From positions 64,480,001-64,544,000 of the forward strand of contig NC_042999.1 in assembly GCF_006345805.1 (NCBI RefSeq): DNA of 64,000 nt, in the 5' to 3' direction. The notes under the pieces are model-generated. The model was not told where the DNA came from and made no database searches. It saw only the letters and a program-made list of their open reading frames with translations. Made by a program: the position numbers and the translations under genes. This document shows, one piece after another, positions 28,032 to 42,129 of this stretch; position 1 is the stretch's first letter, and every line of letters begins with the position of its first letter. The DNA comes from Octopus sinensis. Lineage: Eukaryota.

Positions 28032-29059
28032 CTAGCAGTACCGCCCGGCGTTGCTTGGGTTTGTAAGGGAAATAACTATATAAGCATTTTTAGAGAGTTA
28101 CTTCCCTTATAGATGCCAATTCGGGCTTTCTTAGCCATTTCTGTTTTGGTGTCTTCAAGCCATGAAGTCGTTGTTCTAAAAGAACGCTGGTCTCCTTGAC
28201 AACGCTTTACGACGTTGATTCCTTACACTCTCCCTTCCCCACAGCTTCACGAGGAGGGAAGAAGGAGGAGAAGCAAACAGGTGCAGATGTGAGCGTGGAC
28301 GCCAACTCCGCCGCCATCGACACACGAAAAATTATGCATTAAAATGGAATAAAAAATGATGTTAAATTATTTTTAAAATCGTAGACTCAACGTAGACGCG
28401 CGCTAATACCCAGAAGGGCTCGATATGAATCACGACTATAAGATACCCGGTTTTGGTTAAACTGCACCGCAAAATGTGGGAGTAGTTAGGAATCTAAATC
28501 GAAGGGGACAGACACTCACACAACTACAGTTTTAGTTAGTTAGTTAGTTAATTTGGCTCAAAAGCAAATAGCAAGGCCATGTAGGGGGACATGGAGTTAA
28601 GTACAGGGTGGTGTTCATGTAAAGAGTTCAGGCCACTTGAGGTCCAGGGAGGCTTTGAACAAAGCGGTCGTCGGCATCTTTACCATCTCGTCTGGCAGCT
28701 TGTTCCACGGGTCCGCAACCCGGACGGAGAAAGCTCCTCTCCTTCGATGGAGATGAAATCGTCGCAGGTAGAGCTTTTCGGAATGACCCCGCAGCCGACG
28801 CTCTGGAGCAGGAGTGAAGAACAGCTCTTTCGAGAGGTTACACTTTCCGCTTATGATGTTGTGGGCGAGAATGAGATCACCACGGCGGCGGTGTTTTTCA
28901 AGAGAATAAAGGTCGAGCGTCCTCAGCCTTTCTTCGTAGGACAAATTTTTGAGACCATGAACCATGCGGGTAGCCAGCTTCTGGACTCTTTCGAGATGCT
29001 GTATGTCTTTGAGGAGATAAGGAGAAGAGGCTTGAATCCCATACTCCAATATATATAGA
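28032..29059 (-). mobile_element. Non-autonomous Helitron interrupted by CR1 insertion
   Basis: Reverse complement of the 49402 element from CTAG (28032-28035) to aaaactgtag (28533). Its TCTATATATA terminus reappears at 29059-29050, beyond the CR1. Confidence 0.85.
28534..29050 (-). mobile_element. 5'-truncated CR1-clade LINE 3' end with (TAAC)n tail
   Basis: Encodes LEYGIQASSPYLLKDIQHLERVQKLATRMVHGLKNLSYEERLRTLDLYSLEKHRRRGDLI...RGHSEKL...FSVRVADPWNKLP, a typical CR1 C-terminus. Short 3' UTR, then a (TAAC)n tail. Confidence 0.9.
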
Positions 29060-29520
29060 TTACGATGCAAAAAGCATACAATTCTCTCTGGAAAGAACAA
29101 AGCCTCTAAATGGAGAGAGAAATTCGGAGGATTGCTTTGGTTCAATGCTAGAACGTCTGTCTTGCTTACAGGAGATAGTTTGAAGGCTGTCCCATGAGCA
29201 ACATTCGTTTTGTTCTATCCAAAGTGCTTTTAACAAATTATTTACAGGATATATAAGGCGACAAGCAGGTAGAATCGTTACCGTACTAGACAAAATGCTT
29301 AGCGGTATTTCGTCCAGCTTTACGTTCTGAATTCAAATGCTTCCAGGGTCAACCTTGTTTTTTATGTTTCGGGGTCGATAAAATTAGTACCATTTGACCA
29401 TTGGGATCGATGTAATCGATTTATTTCCTTCTTTGCAATTACTAGCTTTCTGCCAAAAATTCGAAATTATTGTTTATAGCTTATCTCCTTCGAGATCCAA
29501 CATTCTAAGAAAGAAATATA

Positions 29521-30054
29521 TTAGGTTGTCTGGAAAGTTCATGCCGATTTATAGTAGCTTACCTTTCGACTTATCTTAGAACATGATTGAGTCCATAAAA
29601 TAGGATTTGACTACACCTCCATTTAGAGCACAGTTTAAGCTATCTTTTCGTGGAAGAAGATTTATGTTCCTATAACCTGTGTTAATTCTGTAACCCTTTA
29701 AAATGGAAGATAAGAAAGTTCATTTTCGGCACTTGATGCTTCGGGAATCAGACAAAAATTGCTGCAGCTCGGTTGGGATGTGTTACCCCACCCTCCATAT
29801 ACTCCAAATATTGCTCCTTCGGATTTCCACTTATTCAGGTCTCTGCAGAATAGTCTTAATGGTAAAAATTTCAATTCCTTGGATGACGTAAAAAGATACC
29901 TTGATGAATTCTTTGCCATGAAACCACCTCAATTCTGGGAAGAGCATTATGCAACAAAATGGTTCATATTTGGTTGATTAAAAATGTAATGAGAAGTATT
30001 TATTGACCTTTTTCTTTCCTTTAAAAATCGGCACGAACTTTCCGGACAACCCAA
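29521..30054 (+). mobile_element. Internally deleted mariner element (TA TSD, about 30-bp TIRs)
   Basis: TIR ttaggttgtctggaaagttcatgccgattt versus aaatcggcacgaactttccggacaacccaa (3 mismatches), flanked by TA. The N-terminus MEDKKVHFRHLML is fused to the C-terminus LGWDVLPHPPYTPNIAPSDFHLFRSLQNSL. Confidence 0.9.
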
Positions 30055-30084
30055 TATTTCATTGTATTAATGTGTGTGTGTGTT

Positions 30085-30300
30085 AGACAGTAATTTGGCA
30101 GAATCGTTAGCACGTTGGGCAAAATGCTTAGCGGCACTTCTTCCAGTTCTTTACATTCTGGGTTCAAATTCCGCCGAGGTTAACTTTGCCTTCCATCCTT
30201 TTGGGGTCCATAAATAAAACATCAGCCAAGTACTGGGGATCGATGTAATCGACTTGTCCCTTCCCACGAAGATTGCTGGCCTTGCGCCAAAATTTTAAAG
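30085..30300 (+). mobile_element. SINE-B monomer
   Basis: ggcagaatcgttagcacg...ggttcaaattccgccgagg...gctggccttgcgcc. Further copies at about 29270-29470, 33862-33962, 35525-35760, 42840-43100, 63155-63300 and 63670-64000. Confidence 0.8.
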
Positions 30301-30465
30301 TATTATATTTATGCGTGTATATTTATTATATGTGTTTGAGTAAAACTTATTTCTAAGGATATTCGAATAGAAAAGGCGAAACTAATGTGTGTAGCCTCAG
30401 TAGTTCTTAAACTTTTCTCCATCTTATTTTGATTCGAACACTTGGCTTTATTTCCCCTTGTGATT

Positions 30466-30626
30466 GCGGGTTGTGTGATTAAGAAGCTCACTTTGCGACC
30501 ACGTGGTTCTGAGTTCAGTTCCATTGCGTGACAGCTTGGGTGTCTTTTACTGTAGGTCGACTAATGCTTTGTGAGTGAATTCGGTAAACGGAAACCGTGT
30601 GGAAGCCCGCCGTGTGTGTGTGGTTA

Positions 30627-30709
<83 letters not shown>

Positions 30710-30976
30710 TGTTTGCGTGTGTGTGTATTTATGTACACGCAAACATACACATAAGCACATATATGTGTGTCTTTGTGTTTGCGTCTGTCCTTCCCACAAC
30801 CGCTTAACAACCGGTGTTGATTTGCTTACGTTCCTATAACTTAGCACGTTGGCCGAAGAGTCCGATAGATTTTCAGCACCATAGTAGAAAAATAAGAACT
30901 GGGAGTGATTTGCTCGGCTTATTCCTTCAAGGTGATGCCCCAGCATGACCGAAGTCCAATGATGAAACAAGTAAAA
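30466..30976 (+). mobile_element. SINE-A (diverged)
   Basis: Same layout with an expanded (TA)n. Confidence 0.75.
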
Positions 30977-32369
30977 AATTTGAAGATAAATCAATTATTG
31001 GCAAACGGACAATGCCGTCGGATAGATAGAGTTAGTTATTAAGTCGTATCCTCATTAACTTAAATAAAGATATATTTGATAGTTATCGCCTCATATACAA
31101 AAATGTGGCATGGTGCACGGTTACGGCAAGCAGGTCTCGACGAGGTCAAATCTGAGGTTAGAAAGCAAGGCAGACTACGAACAAGAATAAATTTGGTCAG
31201 AAAATTTGCTAAAATAACAGCCAAATTTACCTCACATCAAACTCTATTGTGTTTAAAGAAGTAGGATGCAGTGGATACCTTTTAAAAAACGGTGACGCAG
31301 TTATTTCTGGATCGACTTTGGTTATAGGTCTGGTCGTTCAGAGTTGACGCGGGTCTAAACAAAAACAGCTGCAGCAGCAACAACAACATCATCACCACTA
31401 CCACCTCTACCAACACCATGAAGGATAATCTCCATCTCAACCACCACCACCACAACAACAACAGAAACACCATTAACGTAGTTGTATTTGGTGTGACCTT
31501 ATCATCAAGGTAATCTTGGTTTAATTACCCTCGTTTCGTTGACATTAACAAAACAGGCAGTTTTCTTTTAATTGTAAATATCCTGTAGCTGATTGGACAA
31601 TTCAAAGATTTAGTTTCCTATATTACTTTGCCCCCTCTCTTTTTCTTTCCCACGCAATAACGACGCCATTGAAAAAAATCCATTCACTTACCCATATTCT
31701 ACTTTATGGGGCTTTAACCTACCTATATCTCTTGTATTGGTACTACAAAATCTTCTACTTCCTTCAACCAACTTACCAACCATAGCAATCTTAAAATATG
31801 GGCACACTAGACACTTCTCCGGCAACCCCACGATTTTGGGGACCCAATGAAAATCTATGTATGCTATAGTCGTGTTTATAGAGGCTCACGGACATTGCTT
31901 TGCCTGGGTGCTTATAGTTACCAACCCTAGACAATTCTGATTCTACTGTGGTGTACTGCTGATGACGTTTTTGACCAACAGGATGAAAACTTCTGAGCAC
32001 TGCACACCTACGGAAGAAGTGTGTAAACCGCAAGGGGGACTATATTGAAAATAAACCTTATTTGGTTTATTTCCCATGAGAGTATCTTAGTCAGCCTATG
32101 AAATATTCAGCCGAAAATTGTATTTATTTACATCTTTTCCTATCTCTTTAAAAAGGTACAATGGAAATAATTTAGTTTTAGGTACACTATGCTTCGAAAA
32201 GAAGGACGAGATAATCACAGCTGGTTAGTTAGATATGAAACTGTGAGGTAGTCACAACATGGTCGTTCCACATGCTAGAAATAGCACCAGCCAAATATTT
32301 CTCAAAACACGCCCACCATACTTAAAGAAAGGTAGGAAGGACATATTGAATAACGTGCTCATATAAATA

Positions 32370-32612
32370 ATTGCATTTGATGGCACATAAGATGCACAGC
32401 TTTTTCCAAAGGTCTGCAAAAATTGCATTTGATGGTACGTAAGACGTACAGCTTTTTCCAAAGGTCTCCAAAGATTGCTCCGGTTCCTATATGCGAAATT
32501 GCGCCTCTCGAAGGCTTTAATGCACAAAAAACTTCCTTATATGCTCGTTGCTGAAATTTGGGTGCATCTAATATACTATTCCCATGCATCTTTTACTCCA
32601 TCAAATATGGTA
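32370..32612. mobile_element. Possible pogo/Tigger-like MITE with tandemly duplicated left end
   Basis: Two copies of about 54 bp (catttgatgg..ataagatgcacagctttttccaaaggtct) are inverted relative to gcatcttttactccatcaaatatggta. Confidence 0.4.
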
Positions 32613-33114
32613 TACCTACCGTATTATTGTTGGAGATGTTCACAGATTGAATGCTTTTGATCATAAATCTGCCTGAGCTATCTTGCGTATCTTTAAAGCA
32701 ATTTGCTCTGGATAAAGGATCAGCAACTTCTTTTTAGTATTGGCCCACTTTTGACACTTTTTCATATATCCATAGCCTATATGTATATCATATCATATTT
32801 CTTATATGTGGAGATATCCATGACTGGCGACGCTCTTTTAAGCAAGTATTAAACAAATTGTTAAACAAATGACTGCCATTTTAAAGTTACAAACTGCTCC
32901 ATGACCCACAAGTATATTAAATTTGAAGCCTTTTTTAATAGAAAAGGTCCGTGGCTAAACAGGACACTTCAGTGACTCCCTTGAGGGCCTGGGTGCTCGG
33001 TTTACCTGTTGCCGACTTCCTGGTCTGGATGGAGGAACTGTGGCCATGATTTTTGCAGACCCAAAGAAACCAATCAGATTGAGGTCGCCAACGTTCCGCT
33101 AAAACGGAATTAAA

Positions 33115-33165
<51 letters not shown>

Positions 33166-33661
33166 TATCATCATGAGCAGCAGCAGCACCACCAACACCA
33201 CCAACACCGACGCTGCCACCCCCCGTTACCACCACCATCACCAAAACCATCACCACTATCACCACTACCACTACCATCTCAAGGGAGCGTATATTCAATG
33301 TGTGGTATATTCTGTACGTAAGCGTTGCACTTTCAACGCAGGCGGTAAATTTTTGTTTATCCAATCTGGTCGTAAGATTTGTTTTGAAATCTTCTAATAC
33401 ATAATATATACTCAGAAACAGATTAGGTGCAGGAGTGGCCGCAGTCAAATGACTGAAACAAGTAAAAGAGTAAAGAGTAAGAGTATGAAGTCTGGTGTAG
33501 TTGTATTATGTACAGCAAAAGCCTGTATTTATTCCAAAGGACTAGATGCTGGACCGTAGCACTCTCTGGTAGGCCAACCACCATACACTACAACAACAAT
33601 ATTTACATCATGTTTGTCTCAAACTGGAAGGAACTGAATCTGTAAGAAAATAATATCTTAC

Positions 33662-33785
33662 CTGCACACGGGATTCACTAAGGCCAATTCTGATTGCAAG
33701 TTCCTCTCGAGCAAATACATCTGGGTATGGTGCTCTTTGGAACGCTTTCTCCATTTGTTCCAGTTGAAAGGGCGTAAAAGTTGTT
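33662..33785 (-). CDS. repo: Repo-like paired-class homeobox gene, exon 3 (homeodomain residues 5-46)
   Basis: Minus strand reads ttctgtatttcag|A ACA ACT TTT ... GTG CAG|gtaaga. The 124 nt (phase 2 to phase 0) encode (R)[41 protein letters not shown]. The intron falls at the canonical PRD-class position between codons 46 and 47. [14 protein letters not shown] and LSESRVQ match the Repo family as recalled. Confidence 0.95.
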
Positions 33786-34054
33786 CTGAAATACAGAAGT
33801 GAATATATGAGTAATAAAGTAAATAAATATGATATTATATATATATATATATGTCAAATACAGAGTGGCAAACTGGCAGAATTGTTAGAACTCCGGGCGA
33901 AAAGTTTAGCAGTATTTCGTTCGTCTTTACGTTCTCAGTTCAAATTCCGCCGAGGTCGACTAGAAACTGATGTGACCAGAGATTCTTGTGTGACAAGATA
34001 TGCAATATTATTAGCGTGACTATAGGTTGCAGTAAATCTTGTGTGATTAGATAT

Positions 34055-34340
34055 TCTTTTCTGCTCTAGGCACAAGGCCCGATATTTTGGGGGAGGAGAG
34101 CCAGTCGATTAGATCGACTCCAGTACGCAACTGGTACTTAATTTATCGACCCCGAAAGAACGAAAGGCAAAGTCGACCTCGTCGAACTCAGGAACTTAAC
34201 GGCAGATGAAATACCTATTTCTTTACTACCCACAAGGGGCTAAACACAGAGAGGACGAACAAAGACAGACAAACGGATTAAGTCGATTATATCGACCCCA
34301 GTGCGTAACTGGTACATATTTAATCGACCCCGAAAGGATG
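34055..34340 (-). mobile_element. SINE-B multimer, 5'-truncated (2 units)
   Basis: Junction GAAATACCTATTTC at 34208-34221. Confidence 0.8.
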
Positions 34341-34605
34341 AGTGATTAGAAGTTAGTGTAATATTGTTGTTCATACCTCCGGACTTGTCCTCCACAAAAT
34401 AAAATAAAATAAAAATATCAAGAAAAATAAAGAAATGAATTACTGAGAAAGATTTAAGTGACTAATATCCTCCCTGAAAAGTTTTAAAATGCAAAGAAAA
34501 CTCATTAAAAGAAAAATACGAAAGGAAAAAAAACCATTAAGAAAGGATATTCAGAATGAAAATATGTTCGTGTTATTTTAATTAAAAACAGGTTTATTAT
34601 ATATA

Positions 34606-34679
<74 letters not shown>

Positions 34680-34915
34680 TGTGTGTGTGTTGTGTGTATC
34701 TATGTATGTATGTATATGTGTGTGTATGTACGCGCGCAAATGCCACACACATACATCTGTGTCTATATATAATCATTCACAAAGACATTTAAAATAAAAG
34801 CCTCAAAGTAAACGACAACAGCATGGTTCTTATAGATTCTTCGCAGAAAATATTTCAAATAAGAGTTTAGATGTGACCGTTGATACTTTTCACTTGCAAT
34901 ATCGCCTTCATATTC

Positions 34916-35473
34916 CTTTTCTATTCAAGGCACAAGGCTCGAAATGTTTAGGGAGGGGGTCAATCGATTCAGTACGCAACTGGTACTTGATCTATCGATC
35001 CCGAAAGGATGAAAGGTAATGTCGACCTCGGCGGAATTTGAGCTCAGAACACAAAGACAGACGAAATACCTATTTCTTTACTACTAAACACAGAGGGGAC
35101 AAACAAGGACAGACAAACGGACTAAGTCGATTACATCGACCCCAGTGCGTAACTGGTACTTATTTAATCGACCCCGAAAGGATGAAAGGCAAAGTCGACC
35201 TCGGCGGAATTTGAACTCACAACGTAATGACAGACGAAATACCTATTTCTTTATTACCCACAAGGGGCTAAACTTAGTGGAGACAAACAAGGACAGACAT
35301 AGGTATTAAGTCGATTACATCGACCCCAGTGCGGAACTGGTACTTAATTTATCGACCCCGAAAGGATGAAAGGCAAAGTCAACCTCGGCGGAATTTGAAC
35401 TCACAACGTAACGCAGACGAAATACCGCTAAGCATTTCGCCCGGCGTGCTAACGTTTCTGACAGCTCGCCGCC
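34916..35473 (-). mobile_element. SINE-B trimer
   Basis: Junctions at 35063 and 35236. Full head at about 35419-35473. Confidence 0.85.
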
Positions 35474-36324
35474 TCAGTAAATTCATATTCCGGTTTACAA
35501 ATAAGACCGAATTTCTTATCATGAACTAGCAGAATCGTTTGATCGTCGGACAAAAAGCTTTGCGATATTTATTCCGATTCACAACGTTCTGAGTTCAAAT
35601 GTTACCGAGGACAACTTTACATTTTATTCTTTCTTTGTATAGCCACGCATTACATTGCAGTTTATTGTACAAATTCTGTCGAGATTGACTTCGCCTTTCA
35701 TCCTTTCGTGGTTGATAAAATAAGTACCAGTTGAACACTGGGGTCGATGTGATAACAAAGTTATTCGACTATCTACACCCAGTGGGGATCTTTGTTATTA
35801 CTTATTACATTAAGTTCCAAATCATTTGTTGGATCTCTACGAAAATGGTGACGGCTATCTTGGTAGAAATTAGTCAGTATAAAGATGAAAAGACGGTTAC
35901 ATTTTGTTTGCTGCGTGGAATGTAGAATATAAAATTCAGCCCCTATTGTTCTTGGTCTGAGAGTAGGAAAATAAGTGTAAAACCGAAGTCGAAGAGTTGG
36001 TCGTTGGTTCAGAGAAAGGGATTTGTGAGAGGGCGAGAAGCCAAGGAAACGAGATGAAGTAGGAATTGGGTCAGGAAATTGGATTGGAAGGTAGATAGGT
36101 ACAATACCTCAAATAACTACATTCAGTGCTACTGCTGAGATGGCAGGTTAAAGTATTTTGGAGATGTACAGGTGTGCACTCAAAGGTTCACAAAAAGTCA
36201 TGAATATAGCTGTGATAAAAGAAGCATATGCGAACACACAAATATACTCATGCACACCTACTTACCTACCTATATGCATAGATACATGCATGCAAACATG
36301 CATACAGACATACCTAACTCTAAT

Positions 36325-36403
<79 letters not shown>

Positions 36404-36568
36404 TAGAAGTGCTGAGTTTCCCGGGATTTTGTTTTCAGGGCTTAGTAAAAAATGAAGTACTGCCGCTATAAGCTAAAAGGGGAATACGTTGAATAAAATC
36501 ATAACTGATCCTTCTATATTTTCTTTTACCCCAAACCAGAATTTTTTTAGCCTTTTAGCACACCCCGT
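36404..36568 (-). mobile_element. Mariner-type MITE copy 3 (reverse, partial)
   Basis: gaataaaatcataactgatcct...ttttagcacaccccg is the reverse complement of the left half of the MITE. Confidence 0.55.
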
Positions 36569-36654
36569 GTGTGTATGTATGCATGCATGTATGTATGTAT
36601 GTATGTATGTATGTATGTATGTATGTATGTATGTATGTATGTTATGTATGTATG

Positions 36655-36702
<48 letters not shown>

Positions 36703-38670
36703 ATATATATTCTACTAGCTTAGAAACACATCTAATAGTAACTAGAGTTAACAAATTTCACTTCTTCAGTTAGCTCACAGATTTTTAAGTAATAAATATT
36801 ATAATATTTTTTTCTAATTTGAAAACAATGTGCTTTGTTTATAACAAGCAGGCGAGAAACCGAAATGTAAGTTAAAACGATGTAGCATTTTAAATATTAC
36901 TTGATATGATTCCACCAATTCGTGCTGACAATTCCGTTGGTTCATTTTCGTATTGGAGTATTATTGTACTTCTGAACTACAATGCTTCAAACGAACTACA
37001 ACACTCCTTTTATTTTCCGTACATTTTACAAAATATCGGCGATAGAAATATAAAAGTAAAAAGAAACAACCCAATAACAACAAAACCAATAAGAAAGGAA
37101 AAAGGAAATAAACAAAAAACTCCCCCTCCCATCCCCAGAAGAAAATAACTAAAAAAATAGGAGGAATTATATATAAAAATTTTCCCAGTGAATTTTGAAC
37201 CTTTGTCCTCCAGGACATTGTGTCCTGCCATTTGAAGCAATTAACAAAAACATCACTGGCTCCAATGTCAAATCCTTAAAAATTTTCTCACACTGTCTTC
37301 TCTTTATTCTTTTGTCCTCCTCCCCTTCCTTTCTTCCTGACTTCTTTGTATTCTTTCTCTTACTCTCTATTTATTTATTTATCTATTCATTTATGTATTT
37401 ATTTATTCTGGTATTCCTTTCGTGTTTCAATCAGCCTCCACCCCAACCACCAACGACAACAACAACAAAAGCAAAAACAAATGTTATCAACAACGACACT
37501 GCTTAAATTACCGGAAGACGTTATGTGACCGTTCAAGTTGCAAGAAAACAGCAGTTAAATCTACGTTAACTCACATCGTAACAATTTAAAAACAGAAAGG
37601 CACATTGAATGAGGTGGTTCTGGGGATACTCTTCTTTAAAACAAGATAGTATGGCCACGGCTGGAAAATCTTTGAGCATATATTAGAAACATCTACACAC
37701 GTACTAACATACATATACATGCACTTATGCAATTTTCGAAATTGGTAATCGAGAATCAATATTCTGTTGCAAATTAGGGTTAAAAGAAAGGTGTAGAAAG
37801 AACATTGTGCTTAAATATTTTTTCAAGTTCCGCAACGCAATTGAAAATTCTAAAAATCGCTATTTTTGGTCAATTTTTGGATTTCATGGATTATAAGTAG
37901 TAACACATATATATTTCTACATAGCAGAATGCAAAACAGTAAATATTTTCTTAAAAGTTACATACCAAGTTTCAATACAATTGACTAATATCTTGAGGTT
38001 ATATATGTTAATGAATAAACGAACAAGGATAAATAGATGGACAGATAAATAAATTGATGAAAAAGTTCAAAATTTAAAATTGGGGGAGAGGGTGAAATTT
38101 GAGCCCCTTATTATATAACATTAATTATTAAACTTTATAACATTAATTATTAAACATTAATGTTTATTTCTCATAAAATGGTGTATATTTAATTTACATA
38201 AAATTCTTATTTACAAAAATAAAATGTAAATTCTTTTCACTTTAATGTTTTTGTCTATATTTAATTTCGATTTGCATATGTTCGTCAGTTCGCTACGATT
38301 TCTCTAAAGTAAACAAACTAAAAAAATTCAAATTGGGGTGTGGGAAAGGAAGGTGGGTTTGAAATAAAAAAAAATTATTATTTTTTTTTGCATATTCGTA
38401 ATCTCCGACTTCTAAAACGTAGGAAACAGAAAAAAATTTTTTCAAAAAAATGTATTTTTCAAGGAGAGGTGCAAAACTGTATTAGCCCCGAAAAAGGGAA
38501 GAATGTAGTTAAAAAAGATCCTTCAATTAAACAAATTGTCAAGATTGTAGCAGAAAAGATAATTTTTCTTTGGCAAACGGCATCCGTTCCTAGTCAGTTA
38601 AACCGAAAATCTTTAACTTTTATCTAAAGTACCAAGTGTTACTAAAATCTGTGAAAAACAGAAAAAAAAT

Positions 38671-39480
38671 GTGCCATCGTTTCAAACAAAGTGTAATATG
38701 TTTAAGAACAATGTAGTACAAGATTTATTTGACATTTTCTGTTGCGAGTGCAACTCCTTTCAAAACTGCAATTGTCGTAGAGACAATAAAGTACCACAGG
38801 GAGAATACGATTTTTTACAGGATCAACGGACAAATCGAAAAATGATCATTGGCGAAATAAATCAAGCAGTATCTAAACAGAACGTTCAGAGGTTGATTAG
38901 AAAGAATCGGCCAGATCACACTCGCCCTTCTCCGTCAGCAAAAAGAAAGTTTATGATGTTTGGTTTAGCGGACTCAATCGTAATACAAAGGATGGATGCC
39001 TTTTGCCAAAGAAAAATTAACTTTTCTGCTACAAACTCGACAATTTGTTTAATTTATTTTAATGTGTGTGTAATCTAGACCTCATGTAACACATATTCGG
39101 TGACCTAGTATTAAAAATAATAAAGAAAACAAAGTCGAAAAGTCTATTTATTTCACTTAATTTCGAAATTTTAAGTTGCGGAGTCAGAAGATATAAATTT
39201 TAGAACTTGAGATTTTAACACTCATGTTTTTAAAAAAATTTGCGAAAGAAAATTGATTCGTAACAATTAACGTAAAAATAAAATGAAGAACGAAAAACGT
39301 GTTATAAATTGATTATTCGCTCATTATTCAAAATTTGAAGTGGGCTGCGAAGCCTAAAGACGTAAATTTAAGAACTTTAGATTTTAAAACAGTTGTTTTT
39401 AAAGGATTTCACAATAAAAAATATGTTCTTAAAACCCTATTTCGAAAATGTGTAAAAAGTGCCTTTTTCGTTCCACCCTA
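38671..39480 (+). mobile_element. Degenerate DNA transposon remnant (hATm-like transposase N-terminus)
   Basis: LFDIFCCECNSFQNCNCRRDNKVPQGEYDFLQDQRTNRKMIIG resembles a recalled transposase motif. Terminal ...ttccacccta at 39480; possible partner tagggt at 37775. No TSD seen. Confidence 0.4.
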
Positions 39481-40860
39481 ATATACATTCATAGACATAA
39501 TATGCACACACGCGCACAAATAAACATAGATACACACTACATACATATATACCTACATACATGCATGCATACATACATACATACATACATACATAATACA
39601 TACATACATACATACATATAGACACACACATGCACAGGCACATATACATATATACATCATACGCACAATTTCATACGCGGAACACTGTGCATATACAAAA
39701 ACACGAACATGTACGCTTATACAAATACACGCGTATACATAATAGACACATACATGCACAATTACACACATATACACGTATACATGTATACACAGCATGC
39801 AACACTTTCGACAAACATACAAATTCGCAAATGCACATGCACACACATACATATTCACAAAAATATAGGAACGCATATACACACATACGCAAACATGCAT
39901 ACATACACATACAAACACATATCTACACAAACACACAGACTTATATAGACACACACACATACATACACATAGAGATATATACGCGTGTACACACCATGAT
40001 CCATTTTCAAACACAAATATGCAGACATTCACGTGCATAAACACGCATATAAACACTCATTCACACACACACACACATACACACCCACAAGTATACATAT
40101 ACATACACATAAGCATACGTATACACATATAAAAGCACACATATTTATACAAGCACACACGCAATTAGTTGTTGTTGTTGCTTTTTAACCCTAGGCTCAA
40201 TGCTCACTGAAGGCTGACTGAAGGCTGTCCAGACACTCTACTTCCTCTTAACATATGAAGGAATACATTGTTCTATTTAAGTTAAGTGTGGCCGAATGGT
40301 TTAGTCGATCGCTTCACAACGGAAAGGCTACGGGTTCGATCCCATTGCATAGCATCTTGGGCATATGCCATTTTATATGATCGGGTCGGCCTATTCATTG
40401 TAAATGAAACTGGGTAGATGGAAATTGCCTAGTAACATTCTAGTTGGATTGTAACTATAACTTATCCTTGTCACACGGTGAATATACGTTAAGGTTACAC
40501 ATATCTGTGGAATACTCAGCCACTTAGAGGTGTTAATTCAAGTGCAGGTTATTCAATAAATCGAACAACAGAAACCTCATCGTCAAAAGGCGGAGATTCA
40601 CCATTACATTACTTAATGCTTTCTTTTACATTTTTACAGTTTTAAGTCAGTGGTTGAGCAGCCACGTATATCAATCATGGGCAAATTGCGGCCGGTGGGA
40701 CTTTCTGAATGGAAACCTAAAGAAAAATTACTCTGAATTGATTTTTTTTAAAGTACGGCTTGCCTGATGATGAGCCATGTTTCATGCGGCCCACTTTTAG
40801 AAAAAAGGATGTTCATGCCTGATGTATTTGCTCCTCTGTCAGACATTTGGTTCGTCTGGT

Positions 40861-41077
<217 letters not shown>

Positions 41078-41998
41078 GGAGAATGTAAAGAGGAAAAGAA
41101 AGCGGAAATAAATACATAATAACGAAACCGGAAGTACTTACAGGACAGATATTTTGCTCGTATTATTAGCTGTTATACGTCTTGTACATCCAGTAATTAT
41201 CAAATAAACATCGTAGTTGAAGAAAACTTTCTTATGGCTAATCCTCTTTCCCTTCCTCTCTAAGGTCCCACCTCCCCCTACACGTCCTATACAGTCACAT
41301 AACCAGACATTGCCCACATCCATCATTACCACCACATCCACCATCATCCCCACACCGAGACAAGGAAAATGTCACTATGTTCTACAACTTTAGCCTCTGA
41401 CAAAATTGTCTTATTTATTCATTCATTAACTAAATTCTTAAATATCATTTCACTGATGGTCACATTGAGATGATGATTTGCAGTAGATGTTCGTCTAATT
41501 GCAATTAAACATTATAATTAAAAAAAACCTGACGACATTGTGACTCCTGTGGTTCGTTGTTCTGGTCATTTTTTTGCTTTCTCGTTCTCATTCTTCGACT
41601 TATTTTAATGTAATTCTTCTGCTAGGAATTTCATGGGAAATATGTCCATAAAATCTACCCACACAAGCATATGAAGACACTGTGTGTCTGTCCATCTGTC
41701 TGTCTGTCTGTCTCCACCCCCAGTGTCTCTTCTCCCCTTACACAAACACGCACATATGTATTTGTGTGTATGCATGTATGTCTTTATATATGTATATATA
41801 TGTATGTGTGTATATATATATATATATTATATTATATATATATTATATATATATACATATGTATATAATATGTATATGTATATATATATGTGTATATATA
41901 TGTATATATATATATGTATATATATATAATATATATATACATACATATATATATATTATATATATATATATATAACATACATATATATATATATATGT

Positions 41999-42043
<45 letters not shown>

Positions 42044-42095
42044 TGTATATATATATATATACATATATATACATATACATACATTCATACATACA

Positions 42096-42129
<34 letters not shown>

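Noticed and set aside
28964-28971. Perfect Gcm site ATGCGGGT (also ATGAGGGT at 42706-42713)
   Set aside because: The hits are isolated and one lies inside CR1 coding sequence. A few such 8-mers are expected by chance in 64 kb.
34916-35473. CRISPR-like or satellite reading of the about 184-bp arrays
   Set aside because: There are no unique spacers and the context is eukaryotic. The units are SINE head/core/tail sequence.
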